DNA from: Cyanophora paradoxa CCMP329
Lineage: Eukaryota > Plantae > Glaucophyta
NCBI GenBank assembly: GCA_004431415.1
Contig: QPMI01000632.1
Coordinates: 131,986-195,985, forward strand
Direction of reading: 5' to 3'
Length of the DNA: 64,000 nucleotides
Each line of letters starts with the position of its first letter. Position 1 is the stretch's first letter. The position numbers were made by a program, and so were the translations under genes. Below the pieces are notes generated by a model. That model did no database searches. It was not told the origin of the DNA and saw nothing but the letters and a program-made list of their open reading frames with translations. Below, piece by piece: positions 13,734 through 24,103 of this stretch.

Positions 13734-13979
13734 TTTTGAATCGGCCCAACTTCCCGCCCAATTGCAACCGGCAAGTCTCTAGCCCATAGCCTAGTAGTAC
13801 TACGGTAGCTAGAAGCTCTGCCAAAGGAACTCCCGTTTGTGGCTCGAGCTCTTCTTCTTGTCGTTTTTCGATTAGTGCTCTCAAGCTTGTCCTCCTTATT
13901 ATATATATACTTCGTATTTTACCGTCGGTGACATTGTACCACGTGCACCGTCGCAGCTCGTGCTTTCGAATCATTGAAT

Positions 13980-16900
13980 TCACTGGCCGTGTGCGCCTCC
14001 CGCGCGGCCCGGCGTCGGTGCCGGCCACGCCGCCCTCGCCGCCTCCCCAGCAGTGCCTAGAACGGCGGGGAGTCTGGCAGAGACGGCGCCCGTGCTGGCG
14101 CCTAGCGGAAACGTCGATGTCGAAAAGGGCTCAACGGGCGTCTCCTCGGGCTCTTCACCGCCGCCCATGAAGCCCCCGATGGCCTTCTTCAGACTTTTGC
14201 CTTTTGCCGCCGCATGTACAGCCGCCGCCGTCGAGGCGGCCCCCTCCACCAGCTCCCCGGCCGGTCCCATCACGTGCCTCGCCGCAACTGACGCGCCTGC
14301 TCGCACAACCTGCGCGCGCCTCTCAGTCAGTTACAAAATGACGGGGCCCCTTCACCGCGACGGCGGTACGGTCGCGCCTCGGAGGCCACCCGAGTGGAGG
14401 CGCCGCGGGGCGCGGGGCCGACTTTCTCCGCGTCGAAGGCTCGCAGCGCCTCCTCCATTGCTACGTGGATGGCCTGCACGAGTGTGATACACGGGCCGGG
14501 GGAACGGGGAGGGGGCGGGGGGAAGGGGGAAGAAGAGGGGGAAGAGGGGGGGAAGGGGGGGAGGGAAGGGAAGGGGGGGGAGGGGGAAGGGGACGCGGCC
14601 ACGCGCGTGCGCACCGCGGCGAGCGGATCGTCGCCGCTCTGGTGCAGCTGCAGATTTCCCTCCACCAGCATCACAGAGAAGGTCTGCCCCATCTCTGAGC
14701 GGCGGCGGATCCGGAGGGGCGCTCACGGTTCGATCGGCGGGTCGCGCGCGCCTGGTCGATCATCTGCAGCCGCCTGCGTGTTGACATGAGGGTTTTCAGT
14801 GCCCGCGGAGATCGACACAGAGGGCGGCGACGTCGACCTGAGGTACGCGTTGAAGACGACCTTGAGGCGCATCATGCTCCGCGAGGCCTGCTGCACCTGC
14901 TCCCGCGGCTTTGCCTGCCCGGTGCCGGTACCGGTGCCGCATCAGCGGAGCAAGCGCCAGCGCCGGGCGAGGGCGGCGGCTGCGCGCAATGAGGGTGCTG
15001 TAGATGATGGAGAGGACCCCGGCACCGCCCGTCGCCCCTGGCCCAAGGTTAGCGACGCCGCCGGCGCCTCGCGCGCGCGAGGGCACCGGCGCCAGCAAGG
15101 GAGGAGAGGTCGTCGCGGCGGGCGACGAGGAGGTAGAGAGCCGTCGGGATGAGCGCGAGGCCGAGAAGGAAGACGAGCACGTCCATCGCCAGGGAGATCA
15201 GGAGGCCCCAGCGCGCCTCGCCTGGCCATGGCATACGCCGGCTCGCGATCGCGGCAACCGGGGACAGGGCGCGAGGCGGGCCGGGGCGGTGCACGCACTG
15301 ACGTTGCGGTCGAAGGTCTGCTGAACCTGGTCACTGGCCGCCTGCATGAGCTTCTCGTAGCGGTTGGCATTGTTCTGGCGGGCCGCCAGTTTCCTGAACG
15401 CCGTCTCGCCGCCCGCCTCCATCATCAGCCGCCGCGCTGTGTCCTGCAGCGCCGCGCTCGCTGCGTCTATCTGCACGCCCCCCCCTGCGAAAGTGCCGGT
15501 CCATCCGACTCAGTGACTCGGGGCGGTTCGGGCCGCGAACGCAAAAGGACTTGCCGCTCGACATGATGTTCTCAAGCTCGACAATGATCATGTCCCGGAC
15601 CGGCGCGCTGAAAAACCGCAACGCGAGGCCGAAGTGGTCCGCCATAGTGGTCGCATTGCCCGACACGCTCACCGCCTGCGAGAAATCGCGACCGAATGTA
15701 TGCGAGGGGAGTACTAGTCTCGATCGATTGCGAGCTGCAGCTGCCGCAAGAACGGAAGCGTGCCTGGAAGTGGTCTTGAGCCTCGTGGACGATTCGCATG
15801 ACGGCGGAGGAGAGCTGCACTGGCTGCCAAGCGGGCGGGTGGGCGGGCCGGCGGGCAGGTGGAGTTCAAGATCTAAAGTGGAGCAGCATCGACAAAGGAA
15901 AAGGGGCGCACCACGCGGCCGTCGCGGCCGGGTTTGGTGAGGTGCTCGATGGCAAACACGGCCTGCCTCACGACGCTGTTGCTCAGATCTTTCAAGACCA
16001 GCTACGTATCGATATCCGTGGGACCGTGTACGCGTACGGTTGTGGGACCGCGCAAATGCATATGACAAGTCAGATCCGGAATTCGAATGTTTTGACATTA
16101 AACGTTGTTTTGGTGGCGGGTGGACGGGAGTGACCTCAATACTGTCCCCGCACCGCAACACGCCGAGTAGCTTGAGGCACAGTCTGTACATGTGACCGCA
16201 ATATTTAATTATAACGACGTGGATTTCGCGATTCGCCATTGGCGATTGCACGGCCTGGGGCGGGGCGGGCGCACGCATGGATGTCGTAGAACTTTGGCAC
16301 GACGCGGCACACGTCGACGATGCGGCTCACGGTGCGCTCGACCTGCCCGCGAGGGTGAGCGTCTTCTGGAGCCCGCTGCGCAGCTCGCGATCGCGATCGG
16401 GCAAGTGGAGAGCCAACCTCGCGCGTGAAAGACCAGAAGTCCTCCAGCGCGAACTCGTCGTTCTGACTCTCCCGCATCCCCTGCACCTGTGCACGCGAAG
16501 CCCCCCACGCGTGATCCCCCCGGTCGACGGGCCCGGGGGCCGGGGCCGCGGCGCGGGCAGCAGGAACCTTGAGCATAACCCGGAGAGCGTCATATGTGTG
16601 CTCGCCGATCACCGGCCGCTTCAGAATGCGCAGCACTTGGCTGCGGCGCCGGCCCCGGCTTGCAAACATGTACAGAGAGATCTAGACGCAGCGGTCGTGC
16701 TTTGTCGGCCCCGGCGGGTGCGTACTTTGTGATGATGGAAGCGACGGGGACGGTGCGGAGGGCGCGCAAGGCTGCCCACTCGCGCTTTTGCGCCGCCTGC
16801 TTCTCGGGTGTGAAGTCATCTGCGCGGCCTTCGCTGGCGAAGCACGGACTTCGTAACTGCACGCGCTAAAGGCAGAGCGCACTCGGATCGGGTTGGTCGG

Positions 16901-18283
16901 GGTTCGACGGGGCGACCCAGCCCTCAAGGGCGTCGTGCAGGGCGGCGAGGTGCTCCGCCCTCTCAGCTACGCTGCCATCGCGCGCGCTCACCAGCACCCT
17001 GCGAGTCCGTCGCCGGCGGCGGGCCATCGAAGTGTCGAAGGGGGACGCACGCGTGGGCGAAGAAGGAGAGAAGGGGGTCGGGGTCCTCGACGGCGCGGCG
17101 GGAGAACTCGAGCAGGAGGGACGCGGCGGGGCGGCGTGCGCCGTCCGCGCCAGGTAGAGACCCTCCAGCACGTAGTGCCTGCCGCGCCGCGAAGAAAGGG
17201 GAATTCGAAGGCGGCGGGACGGGCTCATCATGAAGGCGAGGCCGGGGGGGGGACCGAGAAGGGGCGGGGGGAGGGGGGAAGATCTAGAGATGGAGAGAGA
17301 GAGGCTGACCATAATCATGAAGAGGAGGGGAGTGGGAAGGGGGCCGGGAGGGGGGCACGCCGACGGGGGGGAGGCACGCCGACGGACGGGGGGGGGGGGG
17401 GGGGGGATGAAACTTGGAAGGTACGGAAGGTCTACAGCGAGCCTACAGCTTTCTATATAGGGGGAAGGCCGGACGAAGGGAGGAAGGCCTACGGCGCTAG
17501 GGGAAAAGGGCCGGGGCAGCATATATATATATACCTGCAGAGACCATCCGACTCCATGCTGGGGTCAAGATGTTGCAACATTACCTGCGACGGCCGCGGG
17601 GCCGCTGTGAGCCTTAAGCTTGCAGCGGCCGTCGCTGATTCCGCGCAGCAGATCTAGAGCGCGATTCGGCGCACCCGCTTCGCCCCCGGGTCGGTTTCAC
17701 CGCCGATGCACGCGAGCACAGCAAGGACGTTGACGAGCCAGCGCCGCGCATGTCGATCCGACTGCTGCTGCATCTGCGCATGCGGCCTCTCTGCTGCTGC
17801 TGCTGCTGGTGCCTCGCTTGCAATTGCAATCGCTTCTGCAGCAGCTGCTGCGCGCCATTTGGTGAGCGCCATCTTCTGGGCCGCTTCCTCCGCTCGGGAC
17901 TTGGTTGCTGCAGCTGCCGCCCTCTCGCGCAGCTCTTTCTCCTGCATTTTGTGCTCGAGAACCTCACATATCATCGACCGAAGGTCCCTCCAATCCTGCG
18001 GGAGGTCGCCTGCGGAATTCGAAGCTTAAGCTTAGCTATATATAGGCCGGAGGATGGGCGCTGGCCGCGCTGCGGCCGCGCGCGGCGCGGCGGCCGGCCG
18101 CGGCGCGCGACCGTCGGACGGTCCGCCGACGCGGCAGCTGAAATGCACCTGTTGGGGCGCTGCGCGACGACGCCTCGAGAGCTGACAGGTGCACCGCCAT
18201 CCGCTGGCTGTGTGTGCCCTTCGCCAAGGTCTGCAAACGCACCTTTGCCACAGCGCTACCGCGCAGTCCTCCAAGCTGGCCAT
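13980..18283 (-). CDS. Hypothetical large multi-exon protein with coiled-coil and a transmembrane segment (may be more than one gene)
   Basis: Chain of protein-like exons: MICEVLEHKMQEKELRER, VQGMRESQNDEFALEDFWSF, MADHFGLALRFFSAPVRDMIIVEL, TM-like WGLLISLAMDVLVFLLGLALIPTALYLLV. No family recognised. Confidence 0.45.
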
Positions 18284-18757
18284 GGCCGACAGCTGTTCCC
18301 GCGCCTGCAGCTGCTCTAAAGCCAGATCGATCCATCCAACCTGCAGCTATGTACTACGGTATACGTATGTGCACGTGTGGGCCGATGTCTAGATCTGCTC
18401 CCTTCGCGCGATCGCGATCGATCAAGCAGCTCAGCAGCTGACCGGCGAGGCTAGAGCCTGAGGCTGCAGGCTAGCGCTGCGCATGCAGCTCAGCGGCTGC
18501 CAGCCTGGCAGCTGCAGCCTGCAGGCTGCAGCTGCTTGAAGCTTCGATCGCGCATGCATATGCAAACATGCCAGCTGCAGGCTGCTTGGGGTACAGGTAC
18601 TTCGGCGTCGACTCTATTCCGCACGTGCACGTGTTCCGGATCCGGTCCGGGTCCGACTGGACTCAGCTAGCGCTTCTGCAGCCTGGCAGGCTGCAGCGCG
18701 ACTCATGCATGATCAGCTTCTGCAGCTTATAATTAATTATATATGCTTCGAATTCTT

Positions 18758-21700
18758 CCTCGCAGCGCGCAGACTCTCTGAGAAGTTCGAGCGCCCCAAC
18801 GCCGATCGCATCGTGCGCCGCGCCCGCGCGCTTTCTTCCTGTGCGTACGCGCTTCTCTGAGTCAACGTCAGCTTCTGCAGCGCGAATGGCGTCGACGAGG
18901 CGGCGCTTGGAGCGACGTCCCCATTCGAAGCAGCTGCAGGTCTCGGGGGCGCCGGCGCAGCTGCGCATGCACTTGCACCCTCGAGCTCCATGGGATCGAG
19001 TTCGAATTTTTCTGCGGAGGCGCGCGCTGGATCATACTGGAGCACGAGCGCGCCCTCCAGCTCTCCTCAGCAGCCGCCCGGCCTCGCCAGCCCCGTGGCT
19101 GGCTCGCAGCCTGCCTCGGGCGCCGGCGCGTCGAGCTGCAGTCCGGCCAGCGCGAGCGCGAGCGCGAGCTCGACGATCCATGGCCAGCGGGCCCTCGCGA
19201 TCGCCGGCCCTGAGCGCGCCCTGAGCGCCGAGCGACGCCGCGCCGCGGCTGCAGACGTGCTGCGCGAAGTCCTCGCGCCGCGGGCACCCGGGCCGTTGCC
19301 CCTGCAGCTGCCGCTCTCCGAGCGCGCCGGCGCCGACGGCGCCCACCCCGCACCCGCCGCGGCGGACGACAGCAGCGCGCCGAATTCGAAGCCGGCGAAG
19401 GAGAAGGGCGCAGTCAGCGGCGGCGGCGACGGCTGGGCGGGTTCGAGAGACGGCACCGCAGACGCTCTGTCGCGGCCTCCGGATCCGCTGGAGGGCGCCG
19501 CGATCGTGAGCTCGAGCGACGGCGAGGAGGACGCGGAGGGGAGCGACGAGGCCCGCCCGCCCGCCGGCCGCCACTCGCGCCCCCTGTGGCTGACGCCGCG
19601 CAGGGACCGGATCCGGAGCGGGTGCTGGCGGAGATCGAGGAGGAGATCGCGGCGGCCGCGCAGGCCGGCTCTGGGGCGCCGGCCCCTTCGGGAGACGACT
19701 GCCTCGGGTCCTGCCCGCGCCTCGAGCTCGGCGCCGTGCGCCCCTTCCTCTGGACCCAAGACCCCTCTCTGAACAGGGGCGCAGGCGCCGCCGCCGGCGA
19801 GGGCGCCGCGCGAGCAGCTGGAGCCGGGGCCGGGCCCCGGAGGCGGCACGGCGGTCCCCGTCCTCGCCCCCTGTTCAGCGGGCTCCGCCCCGCCCGGGCC
19901 CTCGGCCACGGCAGCCGCTGACGAGCTGCTGGCGAGCGGGGGCGCCGCGGCCCATGGCCACGCGCACGCCCCGCGCGCCCTCGCCGACCCCTCCCCGCCC
20001 GAGGCCCGCCCCGCCGCCCCTCCCTCGAGCGATCGCTTGAGCCTTACCGGAACGGCCGCAGGCGGCAATCGCAGGCTTCGCGGAGGGCCCGAGCGCCGCC
20101 CCGCTCCCGCCGCTGCCCCTCGCTTCGAGCGCGGCGGCGCCGGGGACGGGACCCGCGGCGGCGGCCAGGACGCCTCCCTCGGCAGAGCGCGGCGCTGTGC
20201 TCCTCGGGCGCATCGCCGCCGTCCTCGGGCAGCCCCTCCGCGAGGCCCGCACCCCGCCCGCCGCCCCGCCCCGCCCCGCCCGCCCTCGTGGTGATCGGCG
20301 TCCTCGCAGGTGGCGGCGGAGATGCGGGCGTGCGGGCCCGAGCGCCGCAGAGGCTGCTGACCCTTGCCCGCTGCCCCTCGGGCCCCTCCGGCGCTCCCCA
20401 AGCGGCCGCGGGGCCGGGGCCGGCCCGGACCGCGGCGCCCGCGGGCGCCGACAGCCCGATCGTGATCGACAGCGACGTGGAAGAGGGCGAAGAGATAGAA
20501 GGCGGGCGGGAGCCGAGCGGGCGCTGCCAAGGGGACAGAGAAGAAGAGCCGAGGCCGTGGGAGCCGGAGCCGGACGGGCTCGTCATGTTCCGGGTGCCGC
20601 CCGGCGGGGGCGCGGGGGACCCCGACGCGCGGGACCGCTCCCTGGCGGACTTTCTCGCCCGCAACCGCCCCTCGCGCCTCACGCAGGCCTACGCCCACTG
20701 GATCTACGTGCGTGCGCCCCGCCTCGCGGCCGGTTCGCGTTTGGCCAAGGCTGGGCGGCAGGTGCATCGGATGGACGCACGGGCGGCGGAGGGCGAGCCC
20801 GAGCTCCGCCTCAAGATCCAGATCGCAGAGGCCGAGTTCGAGGCCATGTGCGCCGCCGGGTGCGCCGGGTGCGTTCGAGGCTCCCCCCGGATCCAGAGAC
20901 TTCCCACGGAAGCGCGCCGGGGCGCGCCGGGGCGCGCCGGGGCGCGCAGGGCGGTGGCGGTGGAGGGGCTGAAGGCGCTGCAGCTGGCGGCTTTCTCGGG
21001 CCTCCGCACCGGCAAGTGGGTCATCTGGGCCCCCACCCGCTACGCGCGCCCCACCCTCCCCCGCCCCGGGGTGCGCGCCCTGATAGCCGAGGCCGGCGGG
21101 CGGCGCTGGCGCGCTCGCAGATTGACGATAACTGGGAGAGGGTGGCGGGGGCGGTGGCCCGGGGCGAGCTTGGCCCGTCTGCCAAGGTCGCCCCGCGCCC
21201 CGCCGACGTCGACGGCCAGACGCTGCGTGCGTCGGGGCCCAGGCCCCGCTCTAGACCTCCCGCCGGCCACGGGCCGGCCAGCCGGCGGTTGCTGACCGCG
21301 CGCGCGCCGCCCGGCCCTAGGGTATCACGCACACGTGATGTGCGTCTACACGCCCGACCTCTTCGACCAGGCCGAGGTCGTTCGCGTCCGCGAGGCCCGC
21401 CCTGCCCAGCCGCCCCGCCCCGCCCCGCCCTGGCTTGCTTGCTTGACGGGGGCGCCCGGGGTGCCGGTCCGCCGCGCGTCTGTGTGTGTGCAGGCCCTCC
21501 GCGCCCTCGGCTTCCAGAGGAAGCTCGTGTACAAGGCGCGCCCCGCCCCTGCAGCTGGGCCTGGGCCTGGGCCCCCTGCACTGCTCCGTCTCCACCACAA
21601 ATAGCTGACCCGACCCCTGCCCCATGGCCAGCCCCCTCCCTTATATTCTAAAACGCGTACCCCGCATCCGGATCCCCTTCCGTCAAATTTAACCCGTACC

Positions 21701-21781
21701 ACGCAGCCGGACCTGTACAACTACCTGGACATCGAGCGGGGCAACCGCTGGGGGATCCCCATGGCGATATATTCCCTCTAA
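18758..21781 (+). CDS. DUF1917/Bles03-like protein, copy B (recent duplicate of copy A lacking its first about 175 bp; possible start at 18990)
   Basis: Colinear with 10732-13741 including introns; C-terminal domain intact to GIPMAIYSL-TAA (21779-81); homology starts abruptly at about 18758. Confidence 0.7.
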
Positions 21782-21805
21782 TTTCGAATATTAATGCTTG
21801 TCTTC

Positions 21806-21990
21806 TGTTTTTGGTGAATTACCGGCCACAGTTTCTGACACCAGCTGGCAGCCGCTAAGCACTGCGGGAGCTGCCCAGGCCCCAGGGGGCACAGAGACAA
21901 CATGTACAGCTGCAGAATCAAAATAACTAAGACAAGAGTACGAAGCTTAAGAACGACAAGACGAAGCTTAATTATATAAGAGCCAATTGC
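21806..21990 (+). repeat. Dispersed repeat family A, copy 1 (probable non-autonomous transposon relic)
   Basis: Begins TGTTTTTGGTGAATTACCGGCCACAG and aligns for about 190 bp with 23028-23234. Confidence 0.65.
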
Positions 21991-22653
21991 AAAACCGACA
22001 ATTAAAAAAGAAAGACTCAGATGTAGAGACGATCTACCGTCACGGCGTATTACTATATAGCTACTAGAGACTACTAGTACCGGTACTACTACGGATCTAG
22101 ACTTCATGATCAGAGACAGCCAGCTGCAGCTGGCAGATCTAGAAGAGTGTTCGAGAGACGGGTACGGCCGCCGGCTTTCGCGATCGACAAGGAAACGGGA
22201 GAAAATACTAGGTCTTCGACTCGCCCCCGCCCCGGGCCCCCTGCTCGTTTCAGGATGTCCAAGGTGGGGTCTAAATAAACAGAGACGGCAGTTGCAGGCT
22301 GCAGCTAGCGCTCGCTAGGCGGCGTAGGCCTGGGCCCGAGGCCGCTCGAAATTGAAGTGGAATAAAAAGCCCTCTCGCATCGCTGTCGGAGCCTGTCGCC
22401 CGCCGAGTCTACGCCCCGCCCGGCCCGGCGAACCGCGCAGCCACCCGCCGCGCCTCCGGACCCGCCGGCGCGCCCCGCCCGTCGAGCCGCGGCGCCGCCG
22501 GCCGGCCGCGCCTCATGATCAGCCCCGCCCGGCGTCTGCATCTGCATAGCGCATAGCGCCGGCGCTATCGCTAGATCTAGATCTAGATCCAGTTCGCATC
22601 CCGCGCGCTACGCAAGCTGCAACCGCGCGCCTCGCTGGCATGGTCTAGCGCGC

Positions 22654-22750
22654 GGCATATATACCGGCGGGCGACGGCGCGCGACCGCGGGCGATGGCGC
22701 GCGCGGGGGCATATATATATACCGGCGGGCGACGGCGCGCGGCCGCGGGC
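22654..22750 (+). repeat. Tandem duplication of an about 40-50 bp unit
   Basis: GGCATAT(AT)nACCGGCGGGCGACGGCGCGCGRCCGCGGGC at 22654 and 22708. Confidence 0.75.
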
Positions 22751-23027
22751 TGCGCGCTTGCCGGCTGCTGGCATGAGCGCAAGCCGGCTGGGCTACAGCA
22801 AAACAACCCGACGGAAAAAAGACTGGAAAAAAGCACAGTGTTGATTCACTGTTGAATCGACAGCGATGGGGGTCGAATCGGTGCAGACGAAAGTGCTTCA
22901 AAACGGATTTGGTACTGGTTCAGAGGGTTGTTTTTATCGTGTGAAACACTCTTGAACCCAGTACGGTGGCAGTACCCTGATATCGATAGGAAATTAGGAA
23001 TCCGGATCCGGATCCGGCGCTGCAGGC

Positions 23028-23234
23028 TTTGTTTTTTGGTGAATTACCGGCCAGTTGGCGGCCACAGCCTCTAGACACCAGCAGTACTAGACTACTAGTG
23101 GTCCAGACCGTGATCGGACCGTCCAGCACTGCGGGGGCTGCCCAGGGGGCATATGCATATACAACAAAGAGGACGACTGAAATAAGAAAACTAAGGCAAA
23201 AGCACTAAAAGCAAGAAGACAAAGAGCCAAATGC
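23028..23234 (+). repeat. Dispersed repeat family A, copy 2
   Basis: Same GGTGAATTACCGGCCA head and shared AGCACTGCGGG.GCTGCCCAGG..GAGCCAA body as copy 1. Confidence 0.65.
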
Positions 23235-24103
23235 CGCTTTGAAATGCGCCGCAGCCGCGCTGGCCATGGCCCCGGGGGCCGGGGCCCGCGCATGCGCATG
23301 ATGATGCCATGATGATGCGCGCATGCGCCGGCGCGCTGCGCCGCATCATGGCCCGCATGCGCAGGCCCGCAGGCTCCGCAGGCTCCGCAGCCTGCGCGTA
23401 CTACGGTACATGCATGCGGGCCGTGATGCGGCCCGACGTCGACGATGCGGGCCGCGGGCCGCGGCGCCGGCGGCGGGCCGCCGCCACTGAGCGCAGCATA
23501 TATGTGACATGCCACATTGTCGACGGACGTCACCGCCTGCAGCTGCAGGCTGCAGCAGCCTGAGGCACGAGCCGCACGACGTGCACGGTGAGGCATCTGC
23601 TTCATCGTGAGCTGCTTCTTCAAGGTAATCGCTATCGATATCCTTTCTCCGTCGGCGCCCGGCCTAGGCCTGCCGCAGTGCATGCGCAGCTGCAGCCGCT
23701 GTCCCCGCGGATATTGCATGAACGCGTTCGCGCGGGCGTGCCTCTAGATACTGCAGCTGGAGGCTGGAGCGGCGGCGGCCGCGGTCTTGGCCTAGCCCAC
23801 TGCAGCTGTGCACTGCCGCAGTGCGGCACGTGACACGTACGGTACAGCTCGCAGTCGCATCTCCGACTCGCATGGACAGGAAAGAAGCACAGATCTAGAA
23901 GCATATATATACAGCTGCAGCGATGGCCGGACGTCGACGCGGCCGCGGGGCGGGCCCGTGGACAGCTGCATGCGCAGTGCACGTGGACGTCGCGGGAAAT
24001 ATCCTGCAGCTGCAGCTGCGCATGCTGCGCATGCATATGCGGGTTTACTAAGCTTAAGTTAGGTTTGGCTGAGGAGCCCGAGTGTTCAAATCAATTGCTA
24101 TCG

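Noticed and set aside
18400-18745. Cloning-vector polylinker contamination (PstI, XbaI, HindIII, SalI, XhoI, EcoRI-like sites)
   Set aside because: Sites are scattered through the whole window, follow a triplet/anti-triplet rule and arise as polymorphisms between endogenous paralogues.
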